Assembly: GCA_030704615.1 (NCBI GenBank)
Contig: CM060734.1
Location: 58,900,001 to 58,964,000, forward strand
DNA length: 64,000 bases
Origin: Takakia lepidozioides
Taxonomy: Eukaryota > Plantae > Bryophyta
Reading direction: 5' to 3'
Shown: positions 23,895 to 34,127 of the stretch, piece after piece
Numbering within the stretch: position 1 is the first letter of the stretch
How the letters are laid out: the number at the start of each line of letters is the position of its first letter
Made by a program: the position numbers and the translations under genes
The notes under the pieces: generated by a model
Databases searched by the model: none
The model's input: only the letters and a program-made list of their open reading frames with translations
What the model was told of the DNA's origin: nothing

Positions 23895-25240
23895 TCTACT
23901 CCTGCTCCTTCAGCTATCCATGCCTCTGCACAAATCATGCATACATCCTTGCCTTGCTGCTAGCAGCTGACAATGACAGCCTAGATTAGTTCTAGGAAAC
24001 ACCCAAACTCAGCTTGTCACACTAGTTCCTATGCTGAATTGCGTCTGCTACGATCTGTAATCTAACAGGTATTCACCTTTTTGTTTCGGTTGTCCCACCA
24101 TTGACTGGCTGTTTTTCGATACTTTCCTGTTTTCACATTGGCAGTATCATGTCAAAGTCACTCCAAACTAGATCCACTCAACCAGCTGACTTGCAGAGAT
24201 CAACACGGAAATTTAGGGCCGGTTCTGATAAGAGGGAAAAACAGGGTGAAATGTGTTGAAGAAGGTGCCTTCATTACCAGTGCCTGATTTTATTGATTGT
24301 GCCGCTGCTGCTGCTGCGGCTTCCAGTTGACCATCTACCCATGCAGGTTTCTTGTAGCTATGCTTCCACAGGGAATCATAGGTAATCTGGAGATTGTAAT
24401 CTGGCCCTCTTGGATGAATCTGGACCCACACTCCATCCCTGCTCCTTCAGCTATCCATGCCTCTGCACAATTCATGCATACATCGTTGCCTTGCTGCTAG
24501 CAGCTGACAATGACAGCCTAGATTTGTTCTAGGGAACACCCAACTCAGCCCATCACAATAGTTCCTATGCTGAATTGCGTCTGCTCTCTGTAATATAACA
24601 GGCATTCACCTTGTTGCCTCGGTTGTCCCACCATTGACTGGGGTCAGTAAAGTATTCATTCCACAGCTTCTCCTCACCTCTGTTACCTGTTTTTCGATAC
24701 TTTCCTGCTGCCACATCAGCAGTAACTTGTCAAAGTCTCTCCAAACTCTCCAAACCACCACAGATCCACCCAACGAGCTAACTTACAGAATTCAAAATGC
24801 AAATTCAGGGCCGAGTCTGATGAGAGGGCAAAACAGGCTGAAATAGGTCGAAGAAGAAGGTGCCCTCACCACATTGTCCTTGACCCTGTGTCATGACCCA
24901 TGGAGGATTGGACCGACCATCAACCCAAAAGGACCTCTTGTGTGTGCTGCTTGTGTCTGTAGTCAGGTAATGTCCGATTGGTCTGTGAGAACCACCACGG
25001 TGCAGCTGAGCAGGCGGAGATTGAAACACGGCCTGCTAAGACCAAGCTGACTCTCCCAAGAACCTTGTAATCATCAGGAAGAATACCAAATCATGGTACT
25101 AACAGGAGCCAAGAGCCCACATTTGCAGGATGGACAAACTTCTTCACATCGTACATTAAGAAAAAGCCACACCTTGCGATTGCGGTTGTCCCACCATCGT
25201 GAAGGATCTTTAAAAAACTCGTGCCAGCTCTGCTCCGTGC
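23800..25240 (-). pseudogene. Upstream exons encoding three intron-split OSB-type PDF motifs of the minus-strand PPR gene
   Basis: WHEFFKDPSRWWDNRNRK|gt (~25235-25174), LWNEYFTDPSQWWDNRGNK|gt (~24705-24610), ag|IHPRGPDYNLQ (24419-24279), SQWWDNRNKK|gt (~24125-24078, partly deleted), ag|IRPRGPDFKHK (23882 onward). Confidence 0.7.
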
Positions 25241-25939
25241 TCCAAGGTAGAGGTTTGTGCTCGAATTTCCGACAGCATCAACATTTTGACAAGGTCCTTT
25301 ACTGAGGGGTGCTAGTGAGCTTTCAACCACATTCATGCAAGTTGTTTTGGGCTCCATTGGGCTCTGCACGATGAGGAACAACGAACATGTCCAGACTTAT
25401 ACAGATGCTAACCCAGCTTATGTTTGCAGTCTGGAGATTGTTGTAGAGTGGTCTCTGAAATCGTCCAGGGAGGGAAGGTCTTGGCATTTAAGTTTTTCTA
25501 ACGTTCCAATTTATGTACCCCAAGTCGTTCAAAAAATAAAATCAGCCAAAGCCGGTGGGGCTGTCCGAAAGGGTGGGTACATATTGCATGCGGGCCCCAC
25601 ATGGCTATTGCATGTGAAAGTGGCAATTGCATGTGAGACCCATCTGGCGGCTACATGGAAGCGCTAACCACTAGTAGGAGCCATCAGAAGGGCACGACGA
25701 CGAACCGGTGGTCATGTAGGCCCGTGACCACTGCCACATTGGAAGAGCACAGTAATATCTTTGATGTAAGTTCGGTAAAAAGCTCAGAGTCTGGAGTTCG
25801 TTGTTCCTCATCGTGCAGAGCCCAATGGAGCCCAAAACAACTTGCATGAATGTGGTTGAAAGCTCACTAGCACCCCTCAGTAAAGGACCTTGTCAAAATG
25901 TTGATGCTGTCGGAAATTCGAGCACAAACCTCTACCTTG

Positions 25940-27500
25940 GAGCACGGAGCAGAGCTGGCACGAGTTTTTTAAAGATCCTTCACGACGGTGGGACAACCGC
26001 AATCGCAAGGTGTGGCTTTTTCTTAATGTACGATATTGTGAAGAAGTTTGTCCATCCTGCAAATGTGGGCTCTTGGCTCCTGTTAGTACCATGATTTGGT
26101 ATTCTTCCTGATGATTACAATGTTCTTGGGAGAGTCAGCTGGGTCTTAGCAGGCTGTGTTTCAATCTCTGCCTGCTCAGCTGCACCGTGGTGGTTCTCAC
26201 AGACCAATCCGAAATTACCTGCCTACAGACACAATCAGCACACACAAGAGGTCCTTTTGGGTTGATGGTTGGTCAAATCCTCCATGGGTCATGACACAGG
26301 GTCAAGGACAATGTGGTGAGTGCATCTTCTACTTCGACCTATTTCAGCCTGTTTTTGCCCTTAATTTGGATATTGAATTCTGTAAGTTAGCTCGTTGGGT
26401 GGATCTGTGGTGGTTTGGAGTGACTTTGACAAGTTACTGCCGATGTGGCAGCAGGAAAGTATCCAAAAACAGATAACAGAGATGAGGAGAAGCTTTGGAA
26501 TGAACACTTTTCCGACCCCAGTCAATGGTGGGACAATCGCAAAAAGGTGAATGCCTGTGGGAAGCAGACGCAAGTCAGCATTGCAATCCGAAATTACCTG
26601 ACTACAGACACAAGCAGCACACACAAGAGGTCCTTTTGGGTTGATGGTCGGTCAAATCCTCCATGGGTCATGACACAGGGTCAAGGACAATCTGGTGAGG
26701 GCACCTTCTTCTTCGACCTATTTCAGCCTGTTTTGCCCTGAATTTGGATATTGAATTCTGTAAGTTAGCTCGTTGGGTGGATCTGTGGTGGTTTGGAGTG
26801 ACTTTGACAAGTTACTGCCGATGTGGCAGCAGGAAAGTATGCAAAAACAGATAACAGAGATGAGGAGAAGCTGTGGAATGAACACTTTTCCGACCCCCGT
26901 CAGTGGTGGGACAATGGAGGCAGAAAGGTGAATGCCTGTTGGAAGCAGACGCAAGTCAGCATAGGACCTAGTGTGATAAGTATGGTTGGGGTGTTTGCTG
27001 GAAGAATTCTAGGCTGTCATTATCAGTTGCCAGCAGCAAGGCAAGGATGTGTACATGATTTGTGCAGAGGCATGGATAGCTGAAGGAGCAGGGATAGAGT
27101 GTTGGTCCAGATTCATCCAAGAGGGCCAGATTTCAAGCTCCAAGATACCTACGATTCCCTGTGGAAGGATAGCTACAAGAAACCTGCATGGGTAGATGGT
27201 CAACTGGAAGCCGCAGCAGCAGCGGCACAATTGATAAAATCAGGCACTGCTAATGAAGGCACCTTCTTCAACACATTTCACCCTGTTTTTCCCTCTTATC
27301 AGAATCGGCCCTAAATTTTCATGGTGAATTCTGCAAGTTAGCTGGTTGAGTGAACCTTTGATAGTTTGGAGTGACTTTGACATTATACTGCCAATGTGAC
27401 AACAGGAAAGTATCCAGAAGCAGGTAACCGAGACGAGGAGAAGCTGTGGAATGAATACTTTTCTGACCCCAGTCAATGGTGGGACAATCGAGGCAAAAAG
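25940..27500 (+). CDS. Putative upstream exons encoding OSB-type PDF motifs of the plus-strand PPR-DYW gene (partly degenerate)
   Basis: Half-motif exons end at GT donors (~26009, ~26547, ~26928, 27500). Second halves are TNPKLP(A/D)YRH (~26203, ~26585) and IHPRGPDFK (27111, 27694). Some junctions look damaged: a 1-nt frameshift in motif 1b and a GT>CT donor change at about 27250. Confidence 0.55.
26205..26960 (+). repeat. ~380-bp tandem duplication of a PDF exon/intron block
   Basis: 26205-26580 is repeated at 26585-26960; only one copy is present in the opposite arm. Confidence 0.85.
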
Positions 27501-27693
27501 GTGAATGCCTGTTGGATTACAGAGAGTAGCAGATGCAATTGAGCATAGGAACTAGTGTGATAAGTTGAGTTGGGTGTTTCCTAGAACAAATCTAGGCTGT
27601 CATTGTCGGCTGCTAGCAGCAAGGCAAGGATGTCTGCATGATTTGTGCAGAGTCATGGATAGCTGAAGGAGCAGGGATAGAGTGTGGGTCCAG

Positions 27694-30315
27694 ATTCATC
27701 CAAGAGGGCCAGATTTCAAGCACAAGATTACCCATGATTCCCTGTGGATCAATAGCTACAAGAAACCTGCATGGGTAGATGGTCAACTAAAGGCAGCAGC
27801 TGCAGCAGTACAGTTGATAAAATCAGGCACCTCAACCATGACCACGGCTTCTGGAAGAAGATCACGAGAGGGAGTCCACAATGCCTCTTCTGGCACTTCT
27901 GGGCATGTGAAGATGCTTTGTGAGGCAGGCAGACTGAAAGAGGCTCTACAGACTTTAAACCAAGGAGGCATTTCAGCAGATTCAGATACGTATGTCTGTC
28001 TCTTGCATAAGTGCATCAAGATGAAAGGCCTGGAAGCTGGAAAGCAGGTGCACACTCACATTATCCAAAGTGGATTCACGCCAGATGTTTTCCTACTCAA
28101 CACCCTTGTCAATATGTATGTTAAGTGCGGGAGCATCATGGATGCTCACCACGTGTTCAACAAAATGCCTCAACGATCTTTGATCACGTGGAATATAATG
28201 TTGGCAGGATTTACCAAGCATGGGTGTGGTAGGAATGCTTTGGAGACCTATGAGCAAATGATGCGTGAATGGGTGAAGCCCAATCAGATCACGTTTGTGT
28301 GCGTTTGCAGTGCGTGTGCAAGCCTGGGAGCCCTGGAAAAGGGCAAAGAGGTGCATGGTTGCATCACCAAAGCTGGAATTGTACCAGATGTGATTCTGAA
28401 CAATACCCTCGTGGACATGTATGCCAAATGTGGGAGCATCGAGGATGCAGAGGGAGTGTTCAACAATATGGCTGAACGAGATGTGGTATCGTGGAACACG
28501 ATGATCGCAGGGTATGCACAGCAGGGGCACGGGATGGAGGCTTTGGAGACCTATGAGCAAATGATGGGGGAAGGGGTGAAGCCCGACCACGTCACGTTTG
28601 CGTCCGTTTGCAATGCTTGTGCAAGCCTGGCAGCCCTGGAAAAGGGCAAAGAGGTGCATGGTTGCATCGCCAAAGCTGGAATTGTACCAGATGTCATCCT
28701 GAACACAGCCCTGGTGGACATGTATGCCAAATGTGGGTGCATCAAGGATGCAAAGGGAGTGTTCGACAATATGGCTGAACGAAATGTGGTGTCGTGGAAC
28801 ACGATGATCGCAGGGTATGCACAGCAGGGGCGCGGGATGGAGGCTTTGGAGACCTATGAGCAAATGATGGGGGAAGGGGTGAAGCCCGACCACATCACGT
28901 TTGTGTGCGTTTGCAGTGCGTGTGCAAGCCTGGCAGCCCTGGAAAAGGGCATAGAGGTGCATGGTTGCATCGCCAAAGCTGGAGTTGTACCAGATGTGAT
29001 TCTGAACAATACCCTCGTGGACATGTATGCGAAATGTGGGTGCATCGAGGATGCTCAAGGAGTGTTCGACAATATGGCTGAACGAACTGTGGTGTCGTGG
29101 AACGCGATGATTGCAGGATATGCACAGCAGGGGCGCGGGATGGAGGCTTTGGGGACCTATGAGCAAATGATGGGGGAAGGGGTGAAGCCCGACCACATCA
29201 CGTTTGTGTGCATTTGCAGTGCGTGTGCAAGCCTGGCAGCCCTGGAAAAGGGCAAAGAGGTGCATGGTTGCATCGCGAAAGCTGGAATTGTACCAAATGT
29301 GATTCTGAACAATACCCTCGTGGACATGTATGCGAAATGTGGGTGCATTGAGGATGCAAAGAGAGTGTTCGACAATATGGCTGAACGAAATGTGGTGTCG
29401 TGGAATGCGATGATCGCAGGATATGCACAACATGGTTGTCATAGGGAGGTCGTGCAACTATTTGAAGGAATGCAAAAGAACGGCTTGAAGCCGGACAGTA
29501 TCACCTTTATATCTGTTCTCTCTGCATGCAGCCACGCTGGCCTACTTAATGAAGGAAGACGCTACTTTGATTCCCTGAGTCAAGATCATGGTGTCATTCC
29601 GACAGTAAAGCACTTTGGCTGCATGGTGGACCTTCTTGGACGTGCGGGACAACTGGATGAGGCGGTGGACCTGATTAATAAAATGCCAATCAATGCAGAT
29701 GCTGTGGTGTGGAAGGCCTTGCTTGGTGCCTGCAGAATCCATGGCAATGTGGAGATGGCTGAACGTGCAGCGACATCTATCCTCACGTGGGATGAACAGG
29801 ATGCCGCAACTTATGTGTTGCTCTCAAACATCTATGCTGCAGCTGGCAGGTGGGATGATACTGCAAAGGTGAGAAGAATGATGAAGGTCAGAGGGGTTAG
29901 AAAGGAGCCAGGTCGCTGCTGCATTGAGGTTGGCAACAGGGTGCACACCTTTGTTGTAGATGACAAGTTGCATCCCAGAATTAAGGAAATCCATGCTGAG
30001 CTGGGAAGATTGTCTGGGCAGATGAAGGAGGCGGGGTATGTGCCTGACACGCGCTTTGTATTGCATGATGTGGGGGAGGAGGAAAAGGAATTTTCTCTTT
30101 GCCACCACAGTGAGAAGCTGGCCATTGGTTTTGGGTTGATCAGCACGACCCCTAGGACGCCTCTCCGTCTCATCAAGAATCTTAGAGTGTGTGGTGACTG
30201 CCACACCTCCACCAAATTCATCTCAAAGATTGTTGGCCGAGCAATTGTTGTACGGGACGCTAACCGCTTTCACCACTTTGAAGATGGGATTTGTTCTTGT
30301 GGGGATTACTGGTGA
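27694..30315 (+). CDS. PLS-class PPR protein with E1-E2-DYW cytidine deaminase domain (C-to-U organellar RNA editing factor); main exon
   Basis: Open frame with 17 L/S/P motifs, PG box KEPGRCCIEV, HSEKLA, CGDC and terminal DYW. The track's GTG start at 27682 probably lies in an intron (27501-27693, GT..AG); splicing it out joins WWDNRGKK to IHPRGPDFKHK. Confidence 0.95.
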   Translation: MHPRGPDFKHKITHDSLWINSYKKPAWVDGQLKAAAAAVQLIKSGTSTMTTASGRRSREGVHNASSGTSGHVKMLCEAGRLKEALQTLNQGGISADSDTYVCLLHKCIKMKGLEAGKQVHTHIIQSGFTPDVFLLNTLVNMYVKCGSIMDAHHVFNKMPQRSLITWNIMLAGFTKHGCGRNALETYEQMMREWVKPNQITFVCVCSACASLGALEKGKEVHGCITKAGIVPDVILNNTLVDMYAKCGSIEDAEGVFNNMAERDVVSWNTMIAGYAQQGHGMEALETYEQMMGEGVKPDHVTFASVCNACASLAALEKGKEVHGCIAKAGIVPDVILNTALVDMYAKCGCIKDAKGVFDNMAERNVVSWNTMIAGYAQQGRGMEALETYEQMMGEGVKPDHITFVCVCSACASLAALEKGIEVHGCIAKAGVVPDVILNNTLVDMYAKCGCIEDAQGVFDNMAERTVVSWNAMIAGYAQQGRGMEALGTYEQMMGEGVKPDHITFVCICSACASLAALEKGKEVHGCIAKAGIVPNVILNNTLVDMYAKCGCIEDAKRVFDNMAERNVVSWNAMIAGYAQHGCHREVVQLFEGMQKNGLKPDSITFISVLSACSHAGLLNEGRRYFDSLSQDHGVIPTVKHFGCMVDLLGRAGQLDEAVDLINKMPINADAVVWKALLGACRIHGNVEMAERAATSILTWDEQDAATYVLLSNIYAAAGRWDDTAKVRRMMKVRGVRKEPGRCCIEVGNRVHTFVVDDKLHPRIKEIHAELGRLSGQMKEAGYVPDTRFVLHDVGEEEKEFSLCHHSEKLAIGFGLISTTPRTPLRLIKNLRVCGDCHTSTKFISKIVGRAIVVRDANRFHHFEDGICSCGDYW

Positions 30316-30874
30316 AAGGATGTTTTCTTGAAAAGATGCGAGTGTCTTGCTTCATCATTGATCTGTGTAGCTACTCAGACCATTTCCTGAGAGTATTGAC
30401 CATGATGTACTGTTGAGTGCATTTCTGTACTGTTGAGTCATAGAGGATTGGTCATAGACGCCTGTTCAGTCCTCACGACTCTGTATTCTACCAATCTCTG
30501 CCCCCAGTGATGATTCACAGTTCGCCGTTGTTGTCTAGATGCTCGCTTGTAAGCCCGCTACCCTGGGGCAAGTGTAGGACACCTTAGTGGTTGATTTCAA
30601 TCATGTTCTAAACTACTAGTCTGTCATGCACTCTCAAGGCCGTCATTTCTGAGCTATTTCTACATATTCAGTACTCTGAGATCTGTCTGAACCTTGCTCA
30701 CAACTTACAGCGTTCACGCTATGCAATGACTACGCAAAGACAGGTGACACATCGTGTACAAATCTATTGTTTCCACTTCTCTCATTGCTTCATAATACAT
30801 GACGTTCATACAACCCATGATCAGATTCACTCGGTGGCTAAGTGACCAATCCGGTTACTAATTCTCTCACACCA

Positions 30875-31501
30875 TGTTGCGAAGTAGAACTAGTGGCTTC
30901 ACTATCTCCACTCATCTTGTCTGACTGGTCCCTAGACCTTTGAGAAGAGGACTGTCTACTGTAGGGTTTGAAAACCGCTAGCTTGGAAACAAAGCCTAAT
31001 TGACCCTGCAAACAAACAGAACTTGTTCTAGGCTCCCTTCAAACCCTGATCCCCTTTGTTCTTACTTTATGCTATGGACTACAAGCCACTCGCAATAGTA
31101 AGCAACACTTAATGGACCCTGTATGAAGCTGAACCTTCAAGGTTCCTCTCCTCTCTGAGCTGAGACTCTCTTTGCTAAGACCTCTCTCAGTCCAGGACAA
31201 AGAATGAAGACAACAAGTGAATACTTCATTACATTCAGACCTAATTGTCACACACGCATATATCACCGAGAAGGCATCTCTCGGTGGTATGTCGGTTCAG
31301 CCTGTCGGTTCTGACCGACAGGCTGAACTGGGTGCCTTGTCACTGAACTCTTGGTTCAATGATATATTGTTAGCCTATCAAAAAACTAAGGACTAAGTCA
31401 AAAACCTTCCTTGTTTTACTGCCAACAAAACTCCTAACCAGCCTTGTTAATTGCTAACTAAAGGAACTAACCACTTCTGAGCTGAATTACTCTATTCAAC
31501 A
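30875..31501. mobile_element. Solo LTR (627 bp) with 5-bp TSD CACCA
   Basis: tgttg...caaca termini, flanked by cacca at 30870-30874 and 31502-31506. The paralogous inverted arm (~63025-63050) lacks it. Confidence 0.88.
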
Positions 31502-31849
31502 CACCATACACGGTATTTACTGCTCTGCATCTCCACATTGCGTTCTCTTGGTCTACAATCTGTTTTGGTCTAAAACAGTCTCAACGGCGCCGCCTCGGTC
31601 CCCTTTTTTCTCATCATCTACAGTGCTTCAGCCACCACTCACTCCTTTAGCGCATAAGAACCATCAACTATTCTGAACACGAACTTGCAGTTTTATCCCT
31701 AGGGGGCTTGATCTCTGTGAGCTATTCTATTGATTAATATATCTATGGTTCTTGTTTGCAGGTTTTTTGGGGCCTTGTGTGCAGAGCCAACTAAAATAGG
31801 GTCTAATCAGTGTTGTACAGGTATGTGCCAGTCGGGCGTATAGGTAAGG

Positions 31850-33415
31850 GTATGCCAGAACCAACCTAGCTGGTGTATCATGTAGGCTATACCTTGGGTG
31901 TGTGTAAAACTTAGGGTTTAGGGTTGCCAACATACCCAAACTGATACCGTACCAGTCACAGTAGCTTGCGGAGCAATACTGCGATTGCGAATAGTACTTA
32001 GGGGGGAGTGTTTCGAGATGGGAGGGGTAGCAGTTATGGCATTAGGGTGCGCCATGTTGTGTTTGCTATGGGAGGGGTTTCATTTTTCCGGCTGGATCTT
32101 TGATGTGGGGAGGCGCAATCGATTGAGCATATCGGCTTTGTGATTGCAATTTTTCTTTTTTTACCTTTTGTATGTTGCCCTCAATCTGGTTTTTGTTTTC
32201 AGCTTTGAATGGAGTATGATGAATGTTGGGGTAATGTTGGGGTATACCATACCATTGTACATGCTGCCCTAGTATATCATTTGAGTTTTTGCCATACCCA
32301 TGCCTAGGACCAGGTATCTCAAAATTGGAAATACCAATACCCATCCTATAACCTACCTTGGCCAGTCCTAATCTACACTGGGCCTATCAGTTGGACCCAA
32401 CAACCAAGTTGGACCGGACCTACTAGGACCAGTCTGGTATGCCAAAATGGACATACCAGTACAACACTGGTACCAACTTAATAAGTAATACTGACTTAGT
32501 AGTAAGTAACTAGTACTAACTTAGTAAGTATTAAGAGGCAATGGAAGAGAGCGAGAGCGCGCTTCTTCTCCTTTATATACCCTCTCAGTGCGGTGGGCCC
32601 AACCCCCGTCTAGAAGGTTGCCCCCAGATGCCAGAACCAACTGGTGTGTCATGCAGCCTATACCCTAGGTGTGTGTAGAACTTAGGGTTTAGGGTTCCAA
32701 ACATACCCAAACTGCTACCGTACAATCACAGTAGCTTGCGGAGCAATACTGTGATTGCGAATAGTACTTGGGGGGGGAGTGTTTCGAGATGGGAGGGTAG
32801 CAGTTATGGTGTTAGGGTGCGCCATGTTGTGTTTGTTATGGGAGGTGTTTTCATTTTTGCAGCTGGATCTTTGATGTGAGGAGGCGCAAAAAGATTGAGC
32901 ATATCGGCATTGTGATTGCAACCATTTGTATGTTGCCCTCAATCTGGTTTTTGTTTTCAGCTTTGAATGGAGTATGATGAATGTTGGGGTATACCATACC
33001 ATTGTACATGTCGCCCTAATATATCATTTGAGTTTTTGCCATACCCATGCCTAAGACCAAGCTTGGTCGGTCCTAATCTATATGAGGGCCCTATCAGTTG
33101 GACCCAAAATAAAAATATAGACGCCTCCGAAGGGTGCGTAAATTATGGTGTCTCTTCACCACAAGGGCTACTGCCTTGCAGCTGAAAGGTGTCCACCTTC
33201 ACGACACACCAGACCGTGGTTTGAACCCACAAGCACATCCAACGTGGTATGTGCCCATTACAAAAGGACCCAACAGCCAAGTTGGATCTACCAGGACCAA
33301 TCTAGTATGCCAAAATGTACATACCAGTACAACATTGGTAATATTAACGTAGTAGTAAGTAACTAGTACTAACTTAGTAAGTAGTAAGAGGCAGTGGAAG
33401 AGAGCACGCTTCTTC
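31850..33415 (+). repeat. ~750-bp tandem duplication, each copy with a short TTTAGGG-type motif
   Basis: 31850-32570 resembles 32630-33415; ttagggtttagggtt at 31911 and 32682. Confidence 0.85.
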
Positions 33416-33890
33416 TAATGTATATACCCGATTACTATTCCATGAGCCATGAGCCTATGAGCCCATGACCGGGCATGCATGAGCCATAAGCCGCCATGCA
33501 ACTCACTACCAATAACGGCACAATTTTTTAAGGCAATATATTATATTATATTATATTATATTACTTTCTGGCAATAAAGATTTGATTTTCGAACATTTCT
33601 GCGCTCATGGTCCAAATACTCGGGGTAACAGTATCCGGCAACGAGCTCTTACCTCCGCTCATGGGCCGCCAGCCAAGCTCATGGGAAAACAACAATTACA
33701 GCAATAACGGCACTGCAATAGCCCCATGGGAATGTCCTTCCGCGGAATAAGAAACGTGGTTTCCAGACTTCCAATACGTAATGTGGACCTGTAACCGTGA
33801 AGATCACTTTTCCCACAATGGGTGATGTTCCATGATAACAACGTCGAAATTGGGCACCCATGTCCACAAGGTGTCAGTTGATTCGGCCTT

Positions 33891-34127
33891 TGTCATTGGA
33901 GGACTTGCAGGAGGTCCACGAATTATGTGGGCGTCAACACCCATATAAGTTCTTAATTTAAATTTTTGTTTGGTGTCATTGGAAGACGTGCGGGAGATCC
34001 ATGAATTATGTAGGCGTCAACACCCACATTAGTCCTCAAATTATTTCAAAAAATAATTAAAACCGCTTTATTGTGTCATTGGAGGACTTGCGGGAGGCCC
34101 ATAAATTATGTGGGCGTCAACACCCAC
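33891..34127 (+). repeat. Three ~54-bp direct repeats with AT-rich spacers, each ending in an imperfect palindrome (gtgggcgtcaacacccac)
   Basis: Copies at 33891-33944, 33974-34027 and 34074-34127. Confidence 0.85.

Larger units (their letters stand above)
19701..30380. repeat. Large head-to-head inverted duplication (arms ~19701-25397 and ~25788-30380; ~390-bp unique spacer)
   Basis: ORF 25091-25381(-) is nearly identical to 25801-26094(+); homology continues through exons, introns, PPR array, DYW domain and 3' UTR. Confidence 0.93.

Noticed and set aside
27682-27693. GTG start of the 877-aa ORF
   Set aside because: It lies just before an AG whose use restores a complete PDF motif, so it is probably intronic; GTG starts are unlikely in plant nuclear genes.
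29900-30315. Possible U-to-C (KP-type) DYW domain
   Set aside because: It has the canonical PG box, HSEK and DYW terminus of C-to-U editors.
33891-34127. CRISPR-like repeat-spacer pattern (also 8339-8962)
   Set aside because: Eukaryotic context, no cas genes, few and degenerate repeats, irregular spacer lengths.
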